A stretch of 64,000 bases of DNA, from contig DASXKZ010000011.1 in assembly GCA_036496525.1 (NCBI GenBank), forward strand, positions 27,207-91,206, read 5' to 3'. The notes beneath the pieces were generated by a model. That model was not told where the DNA came from, ran no database searches, and saw only the letters and a list, made by a program, of their open reading frames with translations. Each line of letters begins with the position of its first letter. Positions within the stretch are counted from its first letter, which is position 1. The position numbers and the translations under genes were made by a program. This DNA comes from Candidatus Angelobacter sp. GTDB taxonomy: Bacteria; Acidobacteriota; Terriglobia; Terriglobales; Acidobacteriaceae. Of the stretch, positions 45,318 through 52,354 are shown piece after piece.

Positions 45318-46688
45318 ATGAAAGCTAATCTCATTATCGTCGATGATGACGCCAACACACTGGCGTCGCTTTCACGCGCGTTCCGTCTGGCGGGGCATGA
45401 AGCCACGGTCTGCGACAATCCCATCAAAGCCCTGGAGATGATCAAGGCGGAAAAGTATGACGTGATCTTTTCTGACGTGGTGATGCCGGCAATGAATGGA
45501 CTCGAGTTGTTGGAGAAGATCAAAGCGGCGGGTGTGACCACCCCAGTAGTGATGATGTCGGGCCAGGCGCACATTGAAATGGCGGTGAAGGCCACGCGGC
45601 TGGGCGCGCTCGACTTCCTGGAAAAACCCATCTCTACCGACAAACTTTTGCTCACGGTGCAGAACGCGCTGCAACTGGAACGGCTGAAGCAGGAAAACCA
45701 GCAACTGCGGCAGCAACTGGGCAGCGGCGGCATTGTGTTTACCGGCGAAAAGATGCGCAAGCTGATGGCGCAAGTGGAGCGCGTGGCGGCGAGCGAGACG
45801 CGTGTGTGCATACTGGGTGAGACCGGAACGGGCAAAGAGCTGATTGCGCGGACGATCCATGACAAGAGCCCGCGGCATGCAGGCCCGTATGTGACGCTGA
45901 ATTGCGCAGCGGTACCGGCGGAGCTGATCGAGTCTGAGTTGTTCGGGCATGAGAAGGGATCGTTCACCGGCGCGGCGTCGCGGCATATTGGAAAGTTTGA
46001 GCAGGCCACGGATGGAACGCTCTTTCTGGATGAGATCGGGGACATGCCGCTGACGATGCAGGCCAAGCTGCTGCGCGTGCTTGAGCAGCGCGAGGTGGAG
46101 CGCATTGGCGGAGACAAGCCGACCAAAGTAAATGTGCGCGTAGTGGTGGCCACGCATCGGCAACTGGAAGAACAGGTCAAGCAGGGAAATTTCCGGCAGG
46201 ACCTGTTTCATCGCATCTTTGTTTTTCCCATTGTGCTGCCGCCGCTGCGTGAGCGTCCCGAAGATATCCCCGCGCTGACCGCGCATTTTGCCGCGCAGAT
46301 TGTAAAGCAAAATAACTGGAAGGGAATCACGTTCAGCCCGGAAGCATTGCAGGCTTTGCAGGCGCATTCATGGCCGGGAAACATCCGCGAGCTGCGCAAC
46401 GTGGTGGAGCGCTTGCTGCTGTTTGCCGAAGGCGACACCGTGACTCCAGCGACGGTGCAGGCTGCTCTGCCATCACAGGCCGTGGGAGCTGGAAGCATGG
46501 CTTTTTCCGGGAGCGGCACTCTGGCCGAGCGCGTGGAGCAGGTGGAGCGGCAGATGATCCTGGAAGAGATCAAGCGCCACAATCAAAACATCACAAATAC
46601 GGCAAAAGCGCTGGGCTTGGAGCGCAGTCATCTATATAAGAAGTGCCAGCAGCTGGGGATTGATTTGAAAGAGATGCGCAAGGAATAG
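45318..46688 (+). CDS. Sigma54-dependent response regulator (NtrC family enhancer-binding protein)
   Basis: Start at ATG 45318 (MKANLIIVDDD). REC domain, AAA+ Walker A GETGTGKE, GSFTGA (GAFTGA-type) loop, and a C-terminal Fis-type HTH NITNTAKALGLERSHLYKK. Confidence 0.9.
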   Translation: MKANLIIVDDDANTLASLSRAFRLAGHEATVCDNPIKALEMIKAEKYDVIFSDVVMPAMNGLELLEKIKAAGVTTPVVMMSGQAHIEMAVKATRLGALDFLEKPISTDKLLLTVQNALQLERLKQENQQLRQQLGSGGIVFTGEKMRKLMAQVERVAASETRVCILGETGTGKELIARTIHDKSPRHAGPYVTLNCAAVPAELIESELFGHEKGSFTGAASRHIGKFEQATDGTLFLDEIGDMPLTMQAKLLRVLEQREVERIGGDKPTKVNVRVVVATHRQLEEQVKQGNFRQDLFHRIFVFPIVLPPLRERPEDIPALTAHFAAQIVKQNNWKGITFSPEALQALQAHSWPGNIRELRNVVERLLLFAEGDTVTPATVQAALPSQAVGAGSMAFSGSGTLAERVEQVERQMILEEIKRHNQNITNTAKALGLERSHLYKKCQQLGIDLKEMRKE

Positions 46689-46710
46689 CTCAATAACGCG
46701 GAGAAATTTT

Positions 46711-46797
46711 AACCGCAAAGGACGCGAAGAGCGCAAAGGAAGCGCCGTTCATTATGCTCTTATTCGCCTTTGTGTTTCTTCGTCTCCTTTGTGGTAA
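46711..46797. repeat. Word-tandem inverted-repeat element E8 (compact hairpin)
   Basis: aaccgcaaaggacgcgaagagcgcaaaggaag (46711-46742) faces ttcgcctttgtgtttcttcgtctcctttgtggtaa (46763-46797). The loop is about 20 nt. It begins 23 nt after the NtrC-type gene stop. Confidence 0.8.
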
Positions 46798-46855
46798 TTG
46801 GGTTTCCGATACGCGATTGGCAAGGCAGGCGAGCGTGTGCGAAACTTGAACGCGG

Positions 46856-46928
46856 GGGCCTGTAGCTCAACGGTTAGAGCAGCAGACTCATAATCTGTTG
46901 GTTGTAGGTTCGAATCCTACCGGGCCCA
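46856..46928 (+). tRNA. tRNA with anticodon CAT (elongator Met or, more likely, tRNA-Ile2 modified to lysidine); CCA not encoded
   Basis: The cloverleaf was folded by eye. Acceptor GGGCCTG/CGGGCCC, D arm GCTC-AACGGTTA-GAGC, anticodon arm GCAGA-CTCATAA-TCTGT, T arm GTAGG-TTCGAAT-CCTAC, discriminator A. Confidence 0.85.
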
Positions 46929-46971
46929 TCTTGAGCCGGTCTGCGGGCGTGAGCAAAGCGGGAGCCCGCAG

Positions 46972-47110
46972 GCGAAATCCCGAGCGCAGCGAGGGAACTG
47001 CTGCAGAAGAAATCGCCGGAATCGGGTAATTGCCAAAATTTAAGATACCAAGCGAATACGGCTCAATTTAGAAATCCCAAATAGGTCCTTCGCTTCGCTC
47101 AGGATTTCGG
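46972..47110. mobile_element. MITE-like inverted-repeat element B2
   Basis: Arms gcgaaatcccgagcgcagcgagggaac (46972-46998) and gtccttcgcttcgctcaggatttcgg (47085-47110) flank an AT-rich core. Confidence 0.55.
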
Positions 47111-47142
47111 CTGGTGGCTCAGACGCCACCAGAACGCCTCAA

Positions 47143-47166
47143 GTTCGAATCCTACCGGGCCCACCA
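47143..47166 (+). other. Displaced duplicate of the tRNA 3-prime end (att-like direct repeat), here followed by CCA
   Basis: gttcgaatcctaccgggccca (47143-47163) is identical to 46908-46928. The second copy continues with cca. Confidence 0.8.
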
Positions 47167-47190
47167 AACTCAGCAAATAGCAATTGGCAA

Positions 47191-48180
47191 TCAGCTCAAC
47201 CCGCGCGCATCACTTGGCGGAGCAACAACTTGATCGAGCCAGCCAATCAGGTCGCTAGTCACTTCATCGCGATTCGTCTCATTGAATAGTTCATGGCGGG
47301 CCTCGGGATAAAACTTGTACGTCAAATTCAACAGGCCTGCGGTGCGATATTCCGCCATCCACGGCTCCAGTTGGCGCGTGTTGCCACTCACGGGATCGCA
47401 GCCACCGGCAATTAAGTACAGAGGCAGATTCTTCGGCACTCGATCGCGATGAGCAGGACGCGAAACCGCCGCCCATCCTTCCAGCAGATCGATCCATAGT
47501 TGCACGGTCGCGGGAAATCCGCAGAGCGGATCGGCAACATATTTATCCACTTCGGCCGGATCACGCGAGAGCCAATCGAATGCCGTCCTTGCCGGAGCAA
47601 AGTTTTTGTTGAAGGCGTCAAAGGTGAGCGACTGGACGAGCTTGCTTTTCCCGCGCGCTCCCAGCCTTGCGCGCTCTGCCCGGGTAATTGCGCCGCCTAT
47701 TTTGGCCAGGGCCGTAGGCTTCCCGTTGGCGCCTGACAGCACCACGCCGGCCAGCGCGTCTCCGTGATCTCCCATGAACTGCTCCGCCAGGGTTGAGCCC
47801 ATGGAATGCCCCAGCAAAACCATCGGCAAGCCGGAATGTTTGGCGGCAATGTGACGGTTGAGCTGCCACAGATCGTCCATGCATTTTCGCCAGCCGTCGC
47901 GCTCCGCAAAGAAACCGAGATCGTCGGTTGACTGCACCGTTCTGCCGTGGCCGCGATGGTCATTGGCATACACCGCGTAACCCGCGGAGGTGAGAGCATC
48001 CGCCAGCCGCGCATAACGCGCTGCATGTTCCGCCAGACCGTGCGCAATCTGTATTACCGCCTTGGGCTGATCATTTTTTGGCTTCTCAGCCGGAAGCCAG
48101 CAGTATGTAAATAGATCAACGCCGTCGGGCGTGGCGAGCGTGAAAGTGGAAGCTTGGCTCATGGTTAGGCTCGCTATCAT
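47191..48180 (-). CDS. Alpha/beta hydrolase (lysophospholipase/monoacylglycerol-lipase-like)
   Basis: 329-aa ORF with HGLAEH, DHRGHGRT and nucleophile elbow GHSMGS. Confidence 0.8.
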   Translation of the reverse strand: MIASLTMSQASTFTLATPDGVDLFTYCWLPAEKPKNDQPKAVIQIAHGLAEHAARYARLADALTSAGYAVYANDHRGHGRTVQSTDDLGFFAERDGWRKCMDDLWQLNRHIAAKHSGLPMVLLGHSMGSTLAEQFMGDHGDALAGVVLSGANGKPTALAKIGGAITRAERARLGARGKSKLVQSLTFDAFNKNFAPARTAFDWLSRDPAEVDKYVADPLCGFPATVQLWIDLLEGWAAVSRPAHRDRVPKNLPLYLIAGGCDPVSGNTRQLEPWMAEYRTAGLLNLTYKFYPEARHELFNETNRDEVTSDLIGWLDQVVAPPSDARGLS

Positions 48181-48274
48181 AAATGCTCCGCATTGGGACT
48201 TGGTCTATTATGTGAATCGGCAAAAGGCCCTCGATTTTTGTGGGCTCGCGCTGTGATGGTCAAAGGATGTGTGC

Positions 48275-48667
48275 ATGTCTACAGGACCCGGTTTTCAGCA
48301 AGCTAACTCACCAGCGCGTGGGAGCGTCTTCACCTGGATTGCGGCGATTCTAGCCAGTGCTTATATCTTGTGGAGCGGCACGATGCTTTATTTGTCGACT
48401 CCCAAGTTCATTGACATGTACCTCAGTATGGGTGTCGAGTTGCCTTTGGCGACCAGGATTGTGATTGCGACCTATCGCTTCGGGTATCCGCTCTGGTTTG
48501 GGGGCGCAACAGCGTTGGTAATCGCAAAACAGTTTTACGTGGGCGAGAAGTGGCCCAATCTTAGCATTAGCCTGATGGCCGTTGTAATGGTGGATATCAT
48601 CAGCCGAACAATCGTGTGGGCGTTGTACCGTCCTCTGTTTGATATGGCGGAGAAACTGAGCAAGTGA
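48275..48667 (+). CDS. Small membrane protein resembling a single GspF/PilC (T2SS-F) repeat
   Basis: 130 aa from ATG 48275 (SD aaagga 8 nt upstream). STPKFIDMYLSMGVELPLATRIV resembles the vP.F..mF...G.eLP..T motif that opens each T2SSF domain. It has 3 hydrophobic helices. Confidence 0.45.
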   Translation: MSTGPGFQQANSPARGSVFTWIAAILASAYILWSGTMLYLSTPKFIDMYLSMGVELPLATRIVIATYRFGYPLWFGGATALVIAKQFYVGEKWPNLSISLMAVVMVDIISRTIVWALYRPLFDMAEKLSK

Positions 48668-49050
48668 AGTGTTTTTACCGCGCTCCGCTACGCTGCGCGC
48701 GAGCCTCCACCCCACCACGCGAAGCGCGTGTCGGGGACCCCGGGGCCTGCGGCGCAAGGAAGAAGTCTTTGCGCGCCTTACGGCACGACTGCGCAGCCCC
48801 TTGAATCCCCTTCGCCAAGCTCAGGGTCATCTCGCGCTTGCTAAAGTCGTGCCCTGACACTTGTCTCTACATGGACACTGATCAGTTTGCTGACAACGGA
48901 ATCAGGTAAGGTGCGGCGGACGGTATGGAATCCCACCCTTTGCAACAGCGGCAAAGGATGGGGCACCTCCAGTGTTGTTAGTTTGAAGGAAAAGGGGAAG
49001 GTGGGCCACCCGCCAACTGCCATCCCTTCATGGTTTCTCTTGCAGTACAG

Positions 49051-49623
49051 TTACTTATATAGCGATTTGAGGGTCGGTTTGCTGGTCGCGATGAGGCCCA
49101 ACATCTGTTGAAACGCTAAAAGGGCATCGTCCATCAAGACAGTTCGACCATCTGCCCGACCCTCTGGGCTATGCTTGAATGCGTTCACTTCGTCATAAAC
49201 ACGCTGCCAATGGGCAAACGCGGCGGAGTTAACTTCCGCCATCCTCTCTCTTGCTGACGTCGATTTGCGTTTTCCGGCCACACGTTTCTCCATCTTCGCT
49301 TTTAGCATTTGAGGGAGACGGTCGAATGCCGCCGCGATTCGTTGAATGCTCGAATTGAAATAAAACCCAGCCATCCAACGTCGGTTGATATTCTCGCTCT
49401 TCGAAATACTTAATGCATACTTCGCCAGATTGGGTCGATATGATGATAAGTGGCCACTTTTGCGATCTCTGAACCCAAGGTCGTGAGCGCGCGACAGAGC
49501 GTATAGCGCACCCAGAATGTAGTCCAGTGTATCTGTGATTGCGGAATGTTGTGGTAAGTCCACGAAGAGCTCGTGCAGCGAAACACCGTAGTTGGTGAGC
49601 TGCTCTTGTATTGTTTTTGGCAT
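49051..49623 (-). CDS. Hypothetical helical protein (no family assigned); apparently leaderless
   Basis: 190-aa ORF in the AT-richer block. No SD is present. TAATAT (complement of 49630-49635) ends 6 nt before the ATG. Weak Rx5H string RDRKSGH. Confidence 0.6.
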   Translation of the reverse strand: MPKTIQEQLTNYGVSLHELFVDLPQHSAITDTLDYILGALYALSRAHDLGFRDRKSGHLSSYRPNLAKYALSISKSENINRRWMAGFYFNSSIQRIAAAFDRLPQMLKAKMEKRVAGKRKSTSARERMAEVNSAAFAHWQRVYDEVNAFKHSPEGRADGRTVLMDDALLAFQQMLGLIATSKPTLKSLYK

Positions 49624-49805
49624 CGCGAAATATTAGACCAGCCGGATCAAGTTGGTACGCCTGCCAAGCTGGCATTCCAAAAAGGTAAAGCCCCTGGACG
49701 CAACATCGATTATCAGCGGACTAGAGGCCGAATGAGAACGTATAGACCAAGCGGTTGCAGCTGCATAGGGAACGCTTGTGCACTCGCCCATATAAAGACT
49801 TTCCA

Positions 49806-50663
49806 TTAACTGTTATTACTCTGGCGTTTAACAACCAGCGGCATTGCAAGACGGGCCACAAAGCGGAGCTTGCGCAGGTTTACACTGGCTGTCGCTTCGG
49901 GCGTAAACAGAACCGCGAAAAAGATGAAGGGTTCGAACTCAACGAAGGCTGTAAATTCGAGTGCAGGATATGAGGACTCCTTGAACCGGCGGAGCTTTGT
50001 TTTTGCATCATTTCTCGTCACAAACGCTGGATAACTAATTTCAGCAATAGGAAATCTTTCCCGCAGTTTTTTTTCTTGGAGGGCGGCCAACGAATCAATA
50101 TCCGATGCAGCTTCATCCTTTATCCAGAAGTTAACATACATCCAAGTTCTCGCTTTCCCAGCATCGGCAAGGTCGAACCCTCTTTGATATAGGCATGCCA
50201 CGGCCCCCTCAGGGTGCTTAGCATCGATAACCCAGCCCAACGGGGCGGGCAAGAGCACTCCATAGCCCCCGGCATGTGGAATCGCTAAAGGAGATTGGAA
50301 TTCCTTTAGTTCCTCGAAATTAAGGATATCGAGCTGCAAATCTACATCGTCGTGATGAGCTCTGTTTACCGCGGCTTCGCTGTAACCGACGGTCGAAATC
50401 ATGACTCCTACATGCGCTTCCACATCCCGCAACAATCCCAAAAACGCTTCGACGTCATTAATGTCAATTCGCTTATTTCTGTACTTGGCATCGACAATGA
50501 TGCGAACGAGAAAATCGGAAGCGTGATCTTCAATCAGTAGATCAATCTGTCTTTCCTTTCTCGAGAATTTACCAAGGAGTCTCGCGTCTCTCGAAATATT
50601 TGCCGCGGGATATTGCTTTCTGAAATGCCATTCTATTTCTTCCTCATATTGTTTCCAGTCCAT
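49806..50663 (-). CDS. Mrr-type restriction-endonuclease-fold (PD-(D/E)xK) domain fused to an unknown roughly 170-aa C-terminal domain
   Basis: Start set at ATG 50663 (MDWKQYEEEIEWHF...). ERQIDLLIED ... RIIVDAKYRNKRIDINDVEAFLG matches the Mrr_cat D...(D/E)xK layout. The C-terminal half is unrecognised. Confidence 0.65.
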   Translation of the reverse strand: MDWKQYEEEIEWHFRKQYPAANISRDARLLGKFSRKERQIDLLIEDHASDFLVRIIVDAKYRNKRIDINDVEAFLGLLRDVEAHVGVMISTVGYSEAAVNRAHHDDVDLQLDILNFEELKEFQSPLAIPHAGGYGVLLPAPLGWVIDAKHPEGAVACLYQRGFDLADAGKARTWMYVNFWIKDEAASDIDSLAALQEKKLRERFPIAEISYPAFVTRNDAKTKLRRFKESSYPALEFTAFVEFEPFIFFAVLFTPEATASVNLRKLRFVARLAMPLVVKRQSNNS

Positions 50664-50826
50664 GAGCAGCACCAAGGCATTCTTGTAACAATGTAGTTTC
50701 TGTTGATATGGTTGGAATCCTATAGGGCGGATCAGAAAACAAGCAATCGGCATTTCCCTTTCTTGAAAGAAATGAGCCCTTCCGGGCGCTTCCGCTACAC
50801 TGCGGGCCAGCGCACGATACCATGAT

Positions 50827-50952
50827 TTATTTCAACCTGAGAAAGAGTTGCCACAACCCAAAAATGAATATGAGAAAGATGACGATCCTGGCAAGTAAGA
50901 GCTCGGCTGTCGTAAACCACTCAAAAATACGGCGGAGGTTGGTTGGCGTCAT
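50827..50952 (-). CDS. 41-aa hydrophobic peptide (single TM helix), not in the ORF track
   Basis: MTPTNLRRIFEWFTTAELLLARIVIFLIFIFGLWQLFLRLK, verified codon by codon. SD GGGAG lies 7 nt before the ATG, and it has its own promoter-like element. Confidence 0.5.
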   Translation of the reverse strand: MTPTNLRRIFEWFTTAELLLARIVIFLIFIFGLWQLFLRLK

Positions 50953-50985
50953 TCCGATTCTCCCACTCGTGAAAATTACTCGTTC

Positions 50986-51013
50986 ACTATAAAAAACACT
51001 ATGAATCGTCTAA
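50986..51013 (-). promoter_or_regulatory. Candidate sigma70-type promoter for the 41-aa ORF (and possibly the nuclease gene)
   Basis: On the minus strand: TTAGAC (51013-51008), 16-nt spacer, TATAGT (50991-50986). Confidence 0.45.
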
Positions 51014-51284
51014 AAGATTCCTGACGTCTTACTTATGGCCTGGAAAAGAAAAGTTGGTCAAGCGCTGTAATAGTCAAACTAAGCAGCTGTTGAAAACAAA
51101 CGACTTTACTTCGACAGCACCGCGCCTCTATCCCTCCGCATCCACAGGACGGATCAAAAGATCCATAGCAAAAGCCCTCGCTTTCCCCTTGACAAAAGCG
51201 AACAAATAGCGATATGATGGGCTGTAACCAGGAAGTGTCTCTGGAGCCTGCCACCCAGGTGGCGGGGAAGACGGTCTTTGAAAA

Positions 51285-51472
51285 TTAGCATTCAGCCATC
51301 AGCATTCAGCAATCAGCCAAAGGAAGGATTTGCGACCCTCTGCCGATGCTCTCAGCATGGGGTCGGATGGGGTCATGTGGGGTCGAATGGGGTCGAAGCC
51401 GGGGGGAGGGGGCGGGGGTGCGCTAAGAAATTTGGCCGCAAAGGTCGCAAAGGCATTCGAAGAACTTCGGGG
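51285..51472. repeat. Composite word-repeat block E9 with a G-run
   Basis: The block opens with ttagcattcagccatcagcattcagcaatcagcc (51285-51317). Next come four tandem 10-mers atggggtcgg/atggggtcat/gtggggtcga/atggggtcga (51357-51396). These are followed by ggggggagggggcggggg (51401-51418) and ggccgcaaaggtcgcaaagg (51434-51453). Confidence 0.8.
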
Positions 51473-51494
51473 TGACATTTCGAAACGAAACGCC

Positions 51495-52145
51495 TTACTT
51501 CGATGAAGATGATTGGCGCAGCAGCTCAGCAGTACGCGGCGCGGCCCCAGGATCATTGGCCAGCAGGCGGCGCAGGCGCTCAAGGTCTTCATGGCTGTGA
51601 ATATCGAACCAGGGATTGATGAGCACGGTCTTCATGCCGAACTGTTCCAGCTTATGCGTGGTGGCGGCGAGCGTGGTGGAATGGCTCCACTGGATTCCTT
51701 CCAGCACGCCCACGGGACAATCTTTGAGGCCGATGAGGTAGAAGCCGCCGTCAGCGGAAGGGCCAAGGACGGCGTCGGCATTTTTCAAAGCGTCGCGCGC
51801 AGCTTGAAGATAAGCGGCGGGAAGGCCCGGACTGTCCGCACCAATGGCCAGCACAATGGGTTTGCGCTTGAGGGCAAGGCGCAGGACTTTTTCCAGACGC
51901 TCACCCAGGTCGCCTTCCGACTGCAGCCAGACTTCTTCCGGCTTAAAGTAACTGCGCTCAAAAGTTTCGGTGGCGGCGATTATGCATTCCGCCCAGGGAA
52001 CCGTGCGGACCATGGCAACCGTGTCTTCAAGGAACGCTTCTGCCAGCTCCGCAGCACGGTCCGGGCCAAGCTCCGGGATGAGGCTCGTCTTTACCGTTCC
52101 GGGGATTGGCGGTTTAGCGAGAATGCAGATGATGGCTTCCGGCAT
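51495..52145 (-). CDS. DUF2064 (TIGR04282) family nucleotidyl/glycosyl-transferase-like protein
   Basis: 216-aa ORF with ILAKPPIPGTVKT.L...LG, IGADSPGLP and GPSADGGFYLIGL. Confidence 0.7.
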   Translation of the reverse strand: MPEAIICILAKPPIPGTVKTSLIPELGPDRAAELAEAFLEDTVAMVRTVPWAECIIAATETFERSYFKPEEVWLQSEGDLGERLEKVLRLALKRKPIVLAIGADSPGLPAAYLQAARDALKNADAVLGPSADGGFYLIGLKDCPVGVLEGIQWSHSTTLAATTHKLEQFGMKTVLINPWFDIHSHEDLERLRRLLANDPGAAPRTAELLRQSSSSK

Positions 52146-52354
52146 TTCGAACCTGTTTCCTGTGAGACAAGATTATGGCGTTACGGCAGGCTTTAGGCAA
52201 AAAAATCAATTCATTGTTTCATGGCAGGCGGGCAAGCTGGCAAGCCACCAGACCAGAACAACAGCCGCGAATCCGCCCCATAATAATGGATGCAAGTCCG
52301 ATGTGGAGCACAGGCAACAAGACGTTCTGCCGTGCCGGAGCTGGAGCGCTTGCG

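Noticed and set aside
45044-46367. Two long minus-strand ORFs (378 aa and 331 aa)
   Set aside because: Both are antisense to the Sel1 and NtrC-type genes, whose motifs (Walker A, GAFTGA-type loop, HTH) are unambiguous. These are typical GC-rich shadow frames rich in Arg/Ser/Cys.
51357-51396. Tandem short repeats considered as a CRISPR array (also the word arrays in elements E1-E10)
   Set aside because: The period is only 8-10 nt with no unique spacers, the arrays are paired as inverted arms, and no cas genes are present. This is not CRISPR.
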